Source: Bacteroidota bacterium (GTDB lineage Bacteria; Bacteroidota; Bacteroidia; Chitinophagales; JADIYW01). Taken from it: 64,000 nucleotides of DNA. A program made the position numbers and the translations under genes. The notes beneath the pieces are model-generated. The model had not been told where the DNA came from, did not search any database, and worked only from the letters and a program-made list of their open reading frames with translations. The stretch covers positions 771 through 64,770 of the forward strand of contig JAQBNI010000049.1 in NCBI GenBank assembly GCA_028288625.1, given 5' to 3'. This document shows positions 11,219 to 22,713 of the stretch, one piece after another. How positions within the stretch are numbered: the stretch's first letter is position 1; the number at the start of each line of letters is the position of its first letter.

Positions 11219-12844
11219 ATGCCATTTTCTGCACGAAACAGAGCTACTTATTTAAAAACAATTGAACGGGAAACTTACGATCTGATTGTTGTCGGCGGTG
11301 GTATTACCGGCGCGGGCATCGCATTGGATGCAGTGACCCGCGGCTTAAAAGTTTGTTTGGTAGAGAAAGCAGATTTTGCATCCGGCACGAGCAGCCGTTC
11401 TACAAAATTAATTCATGGGGGTTTGCGTTATCTCAAGCAACTGGAATTCGGGATTGTAAGAGAAGTAGGACAGGAGCGTGCCATCTTGTATAAAAATGCT
11501 CCGCATATCGTATTGCCGGAACGCATGCTTCTTCCGATTATTAAAGGCGGCTCGCTGGGTAAGAGAAGTACGTCGTTAGGTTTATATGTTTACGACAGGC
11601 TTGCAGGAGTTGAAAAAGAAGAGCGAAGGAATATGTTGACGAAAGAGGAAACGCTGGAAAAAGAACCGCTGCTGAACCAAGACATTTTATTAGGCGGAGG
11701 AATTTATGTGGAATACAGGAGCGATGATGCGCGTTTGGTGATCGAAGTTTTAAAGACTGCTGCTGAACGCGGTGCTTTAAGCATGAACTATATCGAATGT
11801 CAATCTTTCACGCATGACAACAAAGGAAAAATAAACGGTGCATTGTGCAAGGATATTTTTACAGGAAAAGTTTATAAGATAAAAGCAAAGAAAGCCATTA
11901 ATGCAAGCGGTCCGTGGGTGGATACGTTGAGAAAGAAAGACAATTCTTTAAAAGGAAAACATTTGCATCTCACCAAGGGCATACATATCGTGGTGAAGAA
12001 AGAAAAATTACCGGTGAAGCAGGCAGTTTATTTTGATGTGCAGGATGGAAGGATGATGTTTGCCATACCGCGCGGCAACAAAGTATATATCGGTACAACA
12101 GATACCAATTATACCGGCAGTGTCGATCATCCTTATGCAACAAAGGAAGATGTAGATTATATTTTGTCTGCAGCGAATTATATGTTTCCTACTGCAAACC
12201 TTTCCGTGGATGATGCGGAATCTTCCTGGGCGGGATTGCGACCGTTGATCCATGAAGAAGGCAAATCACCTTCGGATCTTTCGCGCAAGGATGAAATTTT
12301 TATTTCCGATTCCAATCTGATCTCTATTGCGGGAGGAAAGCTGACCGGTTACCGTAAAATGGCGGAGCGTTCCGTGAATGTTGTGTGTAAGCAATTAAAG
12401 CTGGAAGAAGGATACGAAAATAATCCATGTATAACAGATGCGATAAAACTGAGCGGCGGGAATATCGATAAAAGTCCTGAAGATTATGCGCGCGATCTGC
12501 AGGATGATTTCAAACAGTTTTATTTAGATGATATCATAGAACTCGTAAAAAAATATGGAAGTAATACGGAAATAATCCTCGCTTCTGCGCAAACCAGTTT
12601 TAAGAATAATTTATTGCTTGCAGAAGCAGATTATTGCATCGAATATGAAATGACCAACAATGCTTCTGACTTTTTCATCCGCCGTACGGGAAGATTATAT
12701 TTTGACCGTCCTAAACTAAACGGAAATATTACAGAAGTTGATAAATATTTTAATCAGCAGTTTGGTTATTCTCAGGAGATCATTTCAAAAAACCACATGG
12801 ATTTTGAAACAGAATACGAAGGCGCTGTTTCCTTCAGGAATTGA
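11219..12844 (+). CDS. glpD: FAD-dependent glycerol-3-phosphate dehydrogenase
   Basis: N-terminal dinucleotide fold DLIVVGGGITGAGIALD, SSRSTKLIHGGLRYL, and a GlpD-type C-terminal domain. Confidence 0.85.
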   Translation: MPFSARNRATYLKTIERETYDLIVVGGGITGAGIALDAVTRGLKVCLVEKADFASGTSSRSTKLIHGGLRYLKQLEFGIVREVGQERAILYKNAPHIVLPERMLLPIIKGGSLGKRSTSLGLYVYDRLAGVEKEERRNMLTKEETLEKEPLLNQDILLGGGIYVEYRSDDARLVIEVLKTAAERGALSMNYIECQSFTHDNKGKINGALCKDIFTGKVYKIKAKKAINASGPWVDTLRKKDNSLKGKHLHLTKGIHIVVKKEKLPVKQAVYFDVQDGRMMFAIPRGNKVYIGTTDTNYTGSVDHPYATKEDVDYILSAANYMFPTANLSVDDAESSWAGLRPLIHEEGKSPSDLSRKDEIFISDSNLISIAGGKLTGYRKMAERSVNVVCKQLKLEEGYENNPCITDAIKLSGGNIDKSPEDYARDLQDDFKQFYLDDIIELVKKYGSNTEIILASAQTSFKNNLLLAEADYCIEYEMTNNASDFFIRRTGRLYFDRPKLNGNITEVDKYFNQQFGYSQEIISKNHMDFETEYEGAVSFRN

Positions 12845-12921
12845 CACGTTAGGGTAATTTATTTTCTATTGGCTTTTATAGAAAATTAAAACTGTTTTTC
12901 TTCGATAGTGTTATTCTAATT

Positions 12922-13527
12922 ATGAAACAATCAAAAAAAGTATTACTTATTGATACACATTTGACTTATCCAAATTGGACAGAAGGAAAACTCAATAATT
13001 CATTTTATAAAATAGCGCATGATTTTTTTAAATCCAGAAATTATGAGGTCTTGGAAACTAAAGTTGAAAAAGGTTATAATGCTGAAGAGGAAGTAGAAAA
13101 GCATTTGGTGGCGGACGTTGTTATTCTCCAAATGCCAGTAAATTGGTTCGGTGCTCCCTGGATATACAAAAAATATGTTGACGAAGTTTTTAATAGCGCT
13201 TTACATAGTAAAAAATTACTTTCGGGCGATGGGAGATCGAGAGAGGATATATCAAAACAATATGGAACAGGTGGAAATATGCATGGAAGAAAGTTTATGA
13301 TTTGTGCTACATGGAATGCTCCTGAAGAAGCATTTAATAATCCCACACAACAACTAATGAAAGGCAAAACCCCCTCAGATCTTTTCCTTAATATAACCAG
13401 TAATTATAGTTTTTGTGGTTATGATATTTTGCCGGAATATAATTGTTTTGATATTTTCAAAAGTCCGCATATACAGAAGGACTTAGAAAATTATCCTAAA
13501 CATTTAGAAAAAGTCTTGAATCTATAA
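12922..13527 (+). CDS. mdaB: NAD(P)H:quinone oxidoreductase, flavodoxin-like fold (MdaB type)
   Basis: Alignable by eye along its length to E. coli MdaB (ILQMPVNWFGAPWIYKKYVDEVF, GRSREDISKQYGTGG, KFMICATWNAPEEAF). Confidence 0.75.
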   Translation: MKQSKKVLLIDTHLTYPNWTEGKLNNSFYKIAHDFFKSRNYEVLETKVEKGYNAEEEVEKHLVADVVILQMPVNWFGAPWIYKKYVDEVFNSALHSKKLLSGDGRSREDISKQYGTGGNMHGRKFMICATWNAPEEAFNNPTQQLMKGKTPSDLFLNITSNYSFCGYDILPEYNCFDIFKSPHIQKDLENYPKHLEKVLNL

Positions 13528-13698
13528 TCAAAGAAAATTAAAACAATAACTAACCTGACTAAGGACAAGCGGTTAATATATGTGGTTTTATATTTGTGTT
13601 AGCCAACTACGCCTGCTTGCAAAACGCTGCAACAACTGATATTCAACTTTTAAATACTAACTTTGTTTCAGTTATTGAATATTCTTTAATAATCTGTT

Positions 13699-15336
13699 AT
13701 GCCAAATAAGATCGCACAAATACCGATGCCGCAAAACGAGCCTATTATGGGTTATATGCCTGGCAGCAAGGAACGTAAGGAGTTGAAAGATGAATTGAAA
13801 AGGAGGAAGTCAATGGTGATTGATATCCCGATGTTCATCAACGGAAAGGAAGTTCATACGCAGGATACTGTTGAAATATTTCCACCCCATGATCTCTCTC
13901 ATAAAATTGCAACTTGCCACAAAGGAAAAAGTGAGCATGTTTCAAAAGCGATCGAAGCTGCGTTAAATGCGCGGGAGAAATGGGCGAACATGCATTGGGA
14001 AGATCGCGCAAGTATTTTTTTAAAAGCGGCGGATCTCATTTCAGGTCCATATCGCTCTTCGATCAATGCGGCAACGATGCTCGGTCAATCCAAAAATGTT
14101 TACCAGGCAGAAATTGATGCGGTATGCGAGCTCGCCGATTTCTTGCGATTCAATGTTTACTTTGCTTCAAAGATCTACAGCGAACAACCCGTCTCTGCAC
14201 CCAACATCCGCAATACCTTAGAATACAGACCTCTTGAAGGATTTGTATATGCGGTGACGCCATTTAATTTTACGGCAATTTCCGGAAACTTACCCGCAGC
14301 GCCTGCAATCATGGGAAATGTGGTGGTGTGGAAGCCATCTTCCGTGCAGGTTTATTCTGCATGGACGATCATGCAAATTTTGCGTGAAGCGGGATTGCCG
14401 GATGGCGTGATCAATATGATCTCTACCAATGCAGCAGAAACTTCCAACATCATTTTATCTCACCCTGATTTTGCAGGGGTACATTTTACAGGCTCTACAC
14501 CGGTGTTTAATGGTATCTGGAAAACAGTTGGAGATAATATCAGCTTGTATAAAAATTTTCCGCGTATTGTTGGAGAAACCGGCGGAAAAGATTTTATTCT
14601 TGCACATAAAAGCGCGGATATAGATGTCCTCGCGACTGCCATACTTCGCGGCGCATTTGAGTACCAGGGACAAAAATGCAGTGCGTGTTCACGCGCGTAT
14701 ATTCCAAAATCGATCTGGGATCAGACATGGGAAAAAATGTATGAAGCATTGAAGACTTTTAAAGTAGGAGATGTGGAAGATTTTTCAGTGATGATGGGCG
14801 CAGTGATCTCTGAAGATGCGTACAAAAAAATAACAAGATATATTATAGATGCAAAAGCAAACCCGAATAATATTATTATGTACGGCGGCGGATATGATAA
14901 AAAGAAAGGCTATTTCATTGAGCCGACAGTTATACTAACGAAGGATCCGAAATCCATTACGATGGTGGAAGAAATATTTGGTCCGGTGCTGACGATATAT
15001 GTTTATGATGATGCAGAAGTAAGCATGGATAGTATTTTGCATTTAGTGGATACTACATCAAACTTCGCACTCACCGGTGCGATCATTGCGCAAGACAGGT
15101 ACGCGCTGGAAAAAATGAAAAATGCATTGACAAACAGCGCGGGTAATTTCTACATCAACGATAAGTGTACAGGCGCAGTAGTTGGACAGCAACCCTTCGG
15201 AGGCGCCCGTAAAAGCGGTACGAACGACAAATCAGGCAGCCAGTGGAATTTATTGCGATGGGTATCTATCCGTTCCGTGAAAGAAAACTTTGTGCCGCCA
15301 AAATATTACACCTATCCTTACATGAGCGAGGAATAA
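13699..15336 (+). CDS. pruA: L-glutamate gamma-semialdehyde (1-pyrroline-5-carboxylate) dehydrogenase
   Basis: Aldehyde dehydrogenase catalytic motifs (GETGGKD, GQKCSACSR) in a 545-aa PruA-length protein. Confidence 0.88.
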   Translation: MPNKIAQIPMPQNEPIMGYMPGSKERKELKDELKRRKSMVIDIPMFINGKEVHTQDTVEIFPPHDLSHKIATCHKGKSEHVSKAIEAALNAREKWANMHWEDRASIFLKAADLISGPYRSSINAATMLGQSKNVYQAEIDAVCELADFLRFNVYFASKIYSEQPVSAPNIRNTLEYRPLEGFVYAVTPFNFTAISGNLPAAPAIMGNVVVWKPSSVQVYSAWTIMQILREAGLPDGVINMISTNAAETSNIILSHPDFAGVHFTGSTPVFNGIWKTVGDNISLYKNFPRIVGETGGKDFILAHKSADIDVLATAILRGAFEYQGQKCSACSRAYIPKSIWDQTWEKMYEALKTFKVGDVEDFSVMMGAVISEDAYKKITRYIIDAKANPNNIIMYGGGYDKKKGYFIEPTVILTKDPKSITMVEEIFGPVLTIYVYDDAEVSMDSILHLVDTTSNFALTGAIIAQDRYALEKMKNALTNSAGNFYINDKCTGAVVGQQPFGGARKSGTNDKSGSQWNLLRWVSIRSVKENFVPPKYYTYPYMSEE

Positions 15337-17283
15337 TTATAGTTTCACAAACGATCTTATTGCTTCACTATTTTTTCTTGTGTATTTAAAGAAGTAAACT
15401 CCTGCAGGAAGTGCTGCTACATTAATTTGTGTGGATCCGGGCTTTTCAATTCCCGATAACATTTCATCACCCAGATCATTAAAAATTTTCCAGCTACTTT
15501 CCGCATAAAAATTTCCGCTCGTTGTTAAAGTTAAGATCGAAGAAACAGGATTGGGAAATAAACGGATGTCAACATCAGCAATATTATTTCTCACTCCAAT
15601 AATAGTTCCCATACGCACCGTATCATTTTTAGATAAGATTCTAATATCAGGATCGAATACAATTTCATTCACTAAATACGGAAGATGGAAGGTGAAGACT
15701 TGTCCATTGACTGTATGTTCAACGCGGATAATCGTATCCACGCCATTCGCTTTAATTTCTATAGGCAGCGGCATTTCATAAAAAGAAACGCTGGGATGGG
15801 AAGTAGTTTGATTAATCTGTATGGATAAAATGCTGTCTGCCGTTTGTTGCCATATGATCTTGTAAGAAGGATAGCCCTGACCTTCATACCAATCCCTGAA
15901 ATATTCAGCGAGATCAACACCCGAAGCTGCTTGCAATTCTGCAATTAATTGCGGTGTCCTTGCAAATCCATATTTATAATCATTCAGATAATTTCTCAAT
16001 CCGCGAAATAAAACAGTATCCCCTAATTTCCAACGCAGCATATGTAAGATAAAAGCGCCCTTTGCATAAGAAAGATCTCCGTCAAAGATTCGGTTCACAT
16101 TTGTTGTATCATTTACTTTTACAGACCCCGAAGTGGGAAAGGTAGCAGAATTCCGGTTTGCAGTTTTCCAACCCATCCATTCACTTTGTGAATGAAAATG
16201 TTCATGTGTCAATCCTTCAAGAAATGTAGCAAAGCCTTCGTTTAACCAGATGTCTTCCCAGCTCCCGCAGGTAACCAAATCGCCAAACCATTGGTGACCT
16301 AATTCGTGAACCAATAAACTCCAGTTAAAGTTGGTGACAAAGCTCATCGTCTGGTGTTCCATACCGCCACCCCAGCTAAACTGCGCGTTTCCGTATTTCT
16401 CTTTATAAAATCCGTAATTAATAAATAAGCTATCATAGAATTCCAAAACTCCAACAAGGTCATGTGTGCCGGGTCGCGCATCTGTGCTTTCAGGATATAC
16501 ATAATTTGTCATAGGCATTACAACACCGTTGCTTAAATGAACGGTGTCGGAATAAACATCGTAGTTAGTGACCGCAATGCCAATTAAATAAGGCGCTATG
16601 GCGTATGTGTGTTTCCAGTGATAAGTTGTAAATGTATCAACAGTGTACTGTTCCTTTAACACGCCGTTTGTTGCGGCGGTATATCTTGAAGGTGTAGTGA
16701 TGTATACATCGATGCTGTCGATCTTATCAGTTAAACCATTCTTGCATGGCCACCAGTCCTGCGAGCCAAAAGGTTCTGAAAGCGTCCAAAGAACAGGAAT
16801 ATTATTATGATTAAAAATTGTGAAAGTGCCGAAGCCGTTGGAAGGCGGCACACCGTGATAACTTATACTGACGCTGTCGATAATATTTGCAGGCAAAGTA
16901 CCTGGCAGCGTAATCGTAAGATCATACGAACCCGTTTGAGAGAAAGTAATATTATTGCCATGATAGTTTACGCTATCAACCGTAAGCTGCGTCGATAAAC
17001 TGTAATGCAAAGTTTTCAGATTGCTGATATTGCTTTTAAAATAACTGGTCGCACTTCCGCTAATCGAATCATGGTTAGGATCCACCTTCCATTGGAAACG
17101 GTAATACTTCAGATCAAAGTTTATATCATCTGAAGCGACAAAATTTATTGCGGACAACCTGTTGCCGGATTGATATTGATAAGTTTCTTTACAGATCAGC
17201 TCGTTCAGTTTTTCTTCATCCTGTCCGAAAAATAATTTAGGCAGCAGTGCAACAAAAAACAGTAGTGTAAATTTTATATTCAT
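15337..17283 (-). CDS. M1 family zinc metallopeptidase (aminopeptidase N-like) with T9SS C-terminal sorting domain
   Basis: GGMEHQT and HELGHQWFGD...WLNEGFA zinc site, plus CTD LFPNPVSSILTL...GVYFFKY. Start moved to the internal MNIKFTLLFF signal peptide (ATG at 17283). Confidence 0.85.
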   Translation of the reverse strand: MNIKFTLLFFVALLPKLFFGQDEEKLNELICKETYQYQSGNRLSAINFVASDDINFDLKYYRFQWKVDPNHDSISGSATSYFKSNISNLKTLHYSLSTQLTVDSVNYHGNNITFSQTGSYDLTITLPGTLPANIIDSVSISYHGVPPSNGFGTFTIFNHNNIPVLWTLSEPFGSQDWWPCKNGLTDKIDSIDVYITTPSRYTAATNGVLKEQYTVDTFTTYHWKHTYAIAPYLIGIAVTNYDVYSDTVHLSNGVVMPMTNYVYPESTDARPGTHDLVGVLEFYDSLFINYGFYKEKYGNAQFSWGGGMEHQTMSFVTNFNWSLLVHELGHQWFGDLVTCGSWEDIWLNEGFATFLEGLTHEHFHSQSEWMGWKTANRNSATFPTSGSVKVNDTTNVNRIFDGDLSYAKGAFILHMLRWKLGDTVLFRGLRNYLNDYKYGFARTPQLIAELQAASGVDLAEYFRDWYEGQGYPSYKIIWQQTADSILSIQINQTTSHPSVSFYEMPLPIEIKANGVDTIIRVEHTVNGQVFTFHLPYLVNEIVFDPDIRILSKNDTVRMGTIIGVRNNIADVDIRLFPNPVSSILTLTTSGNFYAESSWKIFNDLGDEMLSGIEKPGSTQINVAALPAGVYFFKYTRKNSEAIRSFVKL

Positions 17284-17408
17284 ATAGATTCTTGTATAAA
17301 GATAGACAGTTCTTTCCGCCAATTGTTCATGCATTTAAATAACGTTAATTTATAACTCTCTTTTTTTGATTCTCCTCAAACAATGATATATTAAAGGAAA
17401 TTTAAAAG

Positions 17409-18713
17409 ATGCAAAAACTGGGTACCTTATTTCTTCTGATTACTTTATTTTTTACTTCTAAGGCTACTGAAACCTACCTCGTTAGCTATGACCTGATAAG
17501 GGCGCATACAAAGGGAGAATTAAAGGCTTTATGGAAATCGCATAAGATCCCAAAGATCATGCTTCCGGTTCACCACGGCGTGGATATTTATGAAATTATT
17601 TATAATGCGAAATGGATCGACGGTTCTTTCAGGAAAGCTTCAGGAATTGTTTATGTCCCGAAAATGCGTGCCGGGAAAACGATGCCCACGGTAATGTATG
17701 GTCACGGTACAGAATTATACAAAGGCAGGAAAATTACAGATAATGATGCTCAGCAAGGCATTTGCGTGGGCTTTGCTACGGATGGATATCTCGCATTGTA
17801 TCCTGATTATTTCGGATTAGGAAAAGGAGAGGGAAATCATTTATACCAGCATTCTGAAAGTGAAGCCAATGCATATATTTATATGTTGTATGCCGTAGAA
17901 GAATTAAAAGCAAAGATCAATATTAAAACCAACGGACAATTATTTTTAACGGGTTATTCGCAGGGAGGTCATTCATCTTTTGCCGCGCAGAAATATATAG
18001 AAGCCTTGAACGATCCGCGTTTTAAAGTTACCGCGAGTTCGCCGATGAGCGGCGCTTATGACATGACAGGCGAACAGGAAAAATATATGTTCCAGGAATA
18101 TCCGCGTCCTTTCTACCTGCCATATTTGCTGGTGTCATACCAGGAAGCGTACCATGTGTTGAATGTTGACAATATTTATAAGATATTTAAATCTCCTTTT
18201 GATACGCTCTTGCCGAAATATTATACCAACAATTATGATAAATCTTTAGATGACCTCGATAAGATCATGCCGAAGATTCCTAAAGATGTCGTCCTGGATT
18301 CCTTAGTACAGGTTTATAAAACGTCACCTGATTTTCTTTTTACAAAAAAATTAAAAGAGAATTGTTTAACAGACTGGAAGCCGCAAGCCCCGGTACAATT
18401 GTGTTATTGTAAAGGTGATCGTGAAGTGAATTATAAAAATTCAGAAGTGGCATACAACAATATGAAAGCGCTTGGTGTCAATCACATCAAATTGAATAAC
18501 CTGAGCGATCATCTCGATCACAATACTTGCGCATTGTTTGCCGTGCTTGCGACAAAATATTTTTTCGACCGGTATAAAAAACATGGCGATAATCCGAAGA
18601 TGAGGGATGTTCCTCGATTTAAAAAAGCACTGGCTAGCATAGTAAAGAAAAAAGAGGAAGCAAAATATATGCATTTTCACAACGACACGAATTATGTTGA
18701 CGCCAGGAAATAA
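17409..18713 (+). CDS. secreted alpha/beta hydrolase, lipase-like
   Basis: Signal peptide and serine nucleophile elbow GYSQGGH. 434 aa. Confidence 0.55.
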   Translation: MQKLGTLFLLITLFFTSKATETYLVSYDLIRAHTKGELKALWKSHKIPKIMLPVHHGVDIYEIIYNAKWIDGSFRKASGIVYVPKMRAGKTMPTVMYGHGTELYKGRKITDNDAQQGICVGFATDGYLALYPDYFGLGKGEGNHLYQHSESEANAYIYMLYAVEELKAKINIKTNGQLFLTGYSQGGHSSFAAQKYIEALNDPRFKVTASSPMSGAYDMTGEQEKYMFQEYPRPFYLPYLLVSYQEAYHVLNVDNIYKIFKSPFDTLLPKYYTNNYDKSLDDLDKIMPKIPKDVVLDSLVQVYKTSPDFLFTKKLKENCLTDWKPQAPVQLCYCKGDREVNYKNSEVAYNNMKALGVNHIKLNNLSDHLDHNTCALFAVLATKYFFDRYKKHGDNPKMRDVPRFKKALASIVKKKEEAKYMHFHNDTNYVDARK

Positions 18714-18752
18714 TTTCACTGCACAATTTCTGAATCTTTATCTTTGATCTGC

Positions 18753-19418
18753 ATGAAAGTAAAAATTTGCGGAATGAAATATCCGGAGAATATCCGCGAT
18801 GTTGCGGCTTTACAGCCGGATTATATGGGCTTTATTTTTTATAAAGTTTCAAAAAGATTTATTAACGATTCACAATCTGAAGAATTTTACAATTGCATTA
18901 GCGAGCTTTCATCTGTGAACCGTGAACTAAAGAAAGTGGGTGTGTTCGTTGATGAACCGATAAAAAATGTGATCAGCCTGGCGACACAAAATGAAATGGA
19001 TATGTTGCAGCTGCATGGCAATGAATCACCTGAATACTGTGAAAACCTGAGGTTGCTGGATTTTAAAATTATTAAAGCATTTGGAATAGACGCAGGTTTT
19101 GATTTTTCTATTCTATCAGAATACAGCGATTACTGTGATTATTTTTTGTTCGATGTGAAGTCTGAAAAGTTTGGCGGTACAGGTCAGAAGTTTGACTGGA
19201 ATTTATTAAAGCAGTACAATAATTTAAAACCCATTTTCTTGTCAGGAGGTTTGGAAGCCGGGGATATTCCTACTATTTACGATTTGTTAAAAGACATAAA
19301 CATTCATGCATTGGATTTTAACAGTAAATTGGAACTTGAGCCCGCTTTAAAAGATGTGGAAAAATGCAGGGAGGTGATTCATTTAACCCATTCCGTGTTT
19401 TCTTCACGCGAAAATTAA
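18753..19418 (+). CDS. trpF: phosphoribosylanthranilate isomerase
   Basis: MKVKICGM N-terminus and the TrpF barrel motifs (MGFIFY, LQLHGNE, LSGGL). ATG at 18753 preferred over the TTG at 18744. Confidence 0.9.
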   Translation: MKVKICGMKYPENIRDVAALQPDYMGFIFYKVSKRFINDSQSEEFYNCISELSSVNRELKKVGVFVDEPIKNVISLATQNEMDMLQLHGNESPEYCENLRLLDFKIIKAFGIDAGFDFSILSEYSDYCDYFLFDVKSEKFGGTGQKFDWNLLKQYNNLKPIFLSGGLEAGDIPTIYDLLKDINIHALDFNSKLELEPALKDVEKCREVIHLTHSVFSSREN

Positions 19419-19433
19419 AGCCCTCAATTTAAA

Positions 19434-20627
19434 ATGAAAAACGATTCAAAATACCAGGTTGATGACAAAGGTTATTACGGTCAATTCGGCGGTGCATATA
19501 TTCCCGAAATGCTTCACCGTAATATCGAGGAATTGCAACTGCGTTACCTGGAAATTATTTACGACGAAACTTTTCAGAAAGAATTTCAATCGCTGCTGAA
19601 AGATTATGTTGGTCGACCCACTCCGCTCTATTTTGCAAAGCGCATATCCGATCATTTCAATACAAATATTTATTTAAAGAGAGAAGATCTTTGCCACACA
19701 GGCGCACATAAGATCAACAATACTGTTGGGCAGATCCTGTTGGCAAAGAGGTTGGGTAAAACACGGATCATCGCGGAAACAGGCGCAGGTCAGCATGGCG
19801 TAGCAACAGCAACGGTTTGCGCATTGATGGGTATGCCGTGCATCGTCTATATGGGTGAAGTGGATATTGAAAGACAATCGGCAAATGTGAAGCGTATGAA
19901 AATGCTTGGAGCAGAAGTGCGACCTGCAACAAGCGGCAGCAAAACTTTAAAAGATGCAACAAATGAAGCTATGCGCGACTGGATCGCGAATCCCGTGGAT
20001 ACGCATTATATCATCGGCAGCGTAGTGGGACCGCATCCTTTTCCCGATATGGTGGCGCGTTTTCAAAGTGTGATCAGCGAAGAAATTAAAAAACAGTTAC
20101 TCGAAAAAACAGGAAATGAAAATCCAAATTTTGTGGTAGCCTGTGTTGGCGGCGGAAGCAATGCTGCGGGCGCTTATTATCATTTTTTGGATAACGAAGA
20201 TGTGAAAATTGTTGCCGTTGAAGCAGCGGGTCATGGCGTAAATTCAGGCAAGAGCGCCGCGACTACAATTCTGGGAAAGCCCGGCGTTTTACATGGAAGT
20301 AAAACTTTGTTTATGCAAACAGAAGATGGACAAGTGGTAGAGCCGCATTCTATTTCTGCAGGATTGGATTATCCGGGCATTGGTCCGGTGCATGCAAATT
20401 TATTTGAATCAAAGCGAGGAATATTTTTGAGCGCTACTGATGATGAATCGTTGCAGGCAGCGATGTTGTTGTCAAAACTCGAAGGAATTATTCCTGCATT
20501 GGAAACTGCGCATGCAATTGCGGTTATAGATAGAATAGGAGCGAAGAAAGACGACGTCGTTGTGGTGAATCTTTCGGGAAGAGGAGATAAAGATCTTGAT
20601 ACCTACGTCAGGGAATTAAATTTATAG
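19434..20627 (+). CDS. trpB: tryptophan synthase beta chain
   Basis: [19 protein letters not shown] (PLP lysine), GGGSNAAG. Confidence 0.97.
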   Translation: MKNDSKYQVDDKGYYGQFGGAYIPEMLHRNIEELQLRYLEIIYDETFQKEFQSLLKDYVGRPTPLYFAKRISDHFNTNIYLKREDLCHTGAHKINNTVGQILLAKRLGKTRIIAETGAGQHGVATATVCALMGMPCIVYMGEVDIERQSANVKRMKMLGAEVRPATSGSKTLKDATNEAMRDWIANPVDTHYIIGSVVGPHPFPDMVARFQSVISEEIKKQLLEKTGNENPNFVVACVGGGSNAAGAYYHFLDNEDVKIVAVEAAGHGVNSGKSAATTILGKPGVLHGSKTLFMQTEDGQVVEPHSISAGLDYPGIGPVHANLFESKRGIFLSATDDESLQAAMLLSKLEGIIPALETAHAIAVIDRIGAKKDDVVVVNLSGRGDKDLDTYVRELNL

Positions 20628-20639
20628 AGCAGAACAGCG

Positions 20640-21413
20640 ATGAACCGGATAAATAATTTATTTCAAACTAAACAAAAAAATATACTGAGTGTGTTTTGCA
20701 CTGCAGGCTTCCCGGAATTAAATTCCATCGTTCCTGTTTTGGAAGAATTGCAGAATAACGGTGTGGATATGGTGGAGATCGGTATGCCGTTTTCAGATCC
20801 TACTGCTGACGGACCGGTTATACAGTATTCAAATAATATTGCCATCAATAATGGCATGTCGTTGAAAATATTATTCGAACAATTAAAAGGAGTGAGGGCA
20901 AAGATCCATATTCCGCTGGTGTTAATGGGTTATATCAATCCTGCATTACAGTATGGAATAGATAATTTTTTGCGAGACACACACGCTTGCGGTATCGATG
21001 GAATTATTATACCTGATCTGCCGATGTATGAATACGAAAATTTTTACAAAAATAGATTTGATGAGCATCATTTAAAAAATATTTTCCTTGTTACACCGCA
21101 AACGTCGAAAGAAAGGATTAGAAGAATTGATGCAGTATCTGATGCTTTCATATATATCGTGTCTTCCAATGCGATTACCGGCGGCAGTGCAAATATAGAA
21201 GAAGAACAAAAAGAATATTTTAGTCGCATAAAAAAGATGGAATTAAAAAACCCATTAGTAATTGGTTTTGGGATCCGCGATAAAAAAACATTTGACACCG
21301 CTTGCAATTTCGCAAACGGCGCTATCATCGGCACTGCATTTATTAACGCGATCGACAAATCAAAAAACTTAAAAGAAGATATTCAGCATTTCATTCAATC
21401 CATAAAAAATTGA
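20640..21413 (+). CDS. trpA: tryptophan synthase alpha chain
   Basis: VEIGMPFSDPTADGPVIQ and GFGI motifs. 257 aa. Confidence 0.95.
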   Translation: MNRINNLFQTKQKNILSVFCTAGFPELNSIVPVLEELQNNGVDMVEIGMPFSDPTADGPVIQYSNNIAINNGMSLKILFEQLKGVRAKIHIPLVLMGYINPALQYGIDNFLRDTHACGIDGIIIPDLPMYEYENFYKNRFDEHHLKNIFLVTPQTSKERIRRIDAVSDAFIYIVSSNAITGGSANIEEEQKEYFSRIKKMELKNPLVIGFGIRDKKTFDTACNFANGAIIGTAFINAIDKSKNLKEDIQHFIQSIKN

Positions 21414-22003
21414 ATTTAGTTGTTATAAAATATAATGCAGGGAACACGAAAAGTGTTGAACATACGTTGAGCAGGCTGGGCGTGCAGGCTGTTATTACTG
21501 ATGATGCTGAACAAATTCAAAATGCGGATAAAGTGATCTTTCCCGGTGTTGGTCATGCAGAAGCCACGATGAAGTATTTAAAGGAAAAGAACCTCGATAA
21601 AGTAATTAAAAATATTACACAGCCATTTTTAGGCATTTGCCTCGGTCAACAACTCATGTGTGCTCATAGTGAAGAGGGCGATGTGGATTGCCTCGGCATT
21701 TTCCCTGTTAAAGTGAAAAAATTTAAATCGGCGGATAACCACATCAAGATCCCGCAAATGGGCTGGAATAATCTGTATGATTTGAAATCGCCTTTATTCA
21801 AAAATATTCCGGATCTATCATTTGTATATTTTGTGCACAGCTATTACAGCGAGGTCAATGAAAATACAATTGCCACTTGCGATTATATACATCCCTTTTC
21901 CGCAGCGTTGCAAAAAGATAATTTTTATGCGACGCAATTTCACCCGGAAAAAAGTGCAGATGCAGGACAAAAGATCATACAAAATTTTATTGAACTATGC
22001 TGA
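21410..22003 (+). CDS. hisH: imidazole glycerol phosphate synthase, glutamine amidotransferase subunit
   Basis: GICLGQQL catalytic Cys and FHPEKS. The TTG start overlaps the trpA stop (TTGA at 21410-21413). Confidence 0.92.
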   Translation: MNLVVIKYNAGNTKSVEHTLSRLGVQAVITDDAEQIQNADKVIFPGVGHAEATMKYLKEKNLDKVIKNITQPFLGICLGQQLMCAHSEEGDVDCLGIFPVKVKKFKSADNHIKIPQMGWNNLYDLKSPLFKNIPDLSFVYFVHSYYSEVNENTIATCDYIHPFSAALQKDNFYATQFHPEKSADAGQKIIQNFIELC

Positions 22004-22713
22004 TCATTCCTGCAATAGATATTATCGACGGGAAATGTGTCCGTCTTACAAAAGGAGATTACGATACCAAGAAGATCTATAATGAGAATCCACTTGAAGT
22101 TGCTAAAGATTTTGAAGCAAATGGATTTACACATGTGCATCTGGTTGATCTCGATGGCGCGAAAAAAGGTTCAGTAGTGAATTGGAAGGTTTTAGAAAAC
22201 ATCGCAGGTCAAACGGGTTTGCATGTTGATTTTTCAGGCGGGATAAAAACAAGACAAGCCGCGCAACAAGCCTTTGATCTGGGTGCGAAGCAGATTACTG
22301 TAGGCAGTCTTGCGGTAAAAAACCCCAAAGAATTTGTAGATTGGATATGGGCGTTCGGTGAAGAGAAACTGATCCTTGGCGCGGATGTCATCAACGAAAA
22401 AATTGCAGTGAATGGCTGGCAGGAAAGCAGTGGAAAAGATATTTATGCTTATCTCGATTATTATTTTGAAGAAGGTATCGATTATGTTTTGTGTACAGAT
22501 GTTTCAAAAGATGGCATGCTGAACGGACCATCTATCGATCTCTATAAAAATATTATTGAAGAATATAAGGAAATAAACCTGATCGCTTCTGGCGGCGTTT
22601 CCTCTATGGAAGATCTTCAGCAATTAAAAGAAATTGGCTGTTATGCGGCTATTGTTGGTAAAGCGATTTATGAAGGGAGAATAACTTTGAAACAATTATC
22701 GGATTTTAATTAA
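21997..22713 (+). CDS. hisA: ProFAR isomerase
   Basis: [25 protein letters not shown] motifs. Overlaps hisH by 7 nt. Confidence 0.93.
   Translation: MLIIPAIDIIDGKCVRLTKGDYDTKKIYNENPLEVAKDFEANGFTHVHLVDLDGAKKGSVVNWKVLENIAGQTGLHVDFSGGIKTRQAAQQAFDLGAKQITVGSLAVKNPKEFVDWIWAFGEEKLILGADVINEKIAVNGWQESSGKDIYAYLDYYFEEGIDYVLCTDVSKDGMLNGPSIDLYKNIIEEYKEINLIASGGVSSMEDLQQLKEIGCYAAIVGKAIYEGRITLKQLSDFN

Noticed and set aside
15334-15339. pruA and the M1 peptidase ORFs abut with zero intergenic nucleotides
   Set aside because: The genes are convergent with back-to-back stop codons (TAA / TTA). This is not a fusion or frameshift, and there is no room for a terminator. Noted only as a curiosity.
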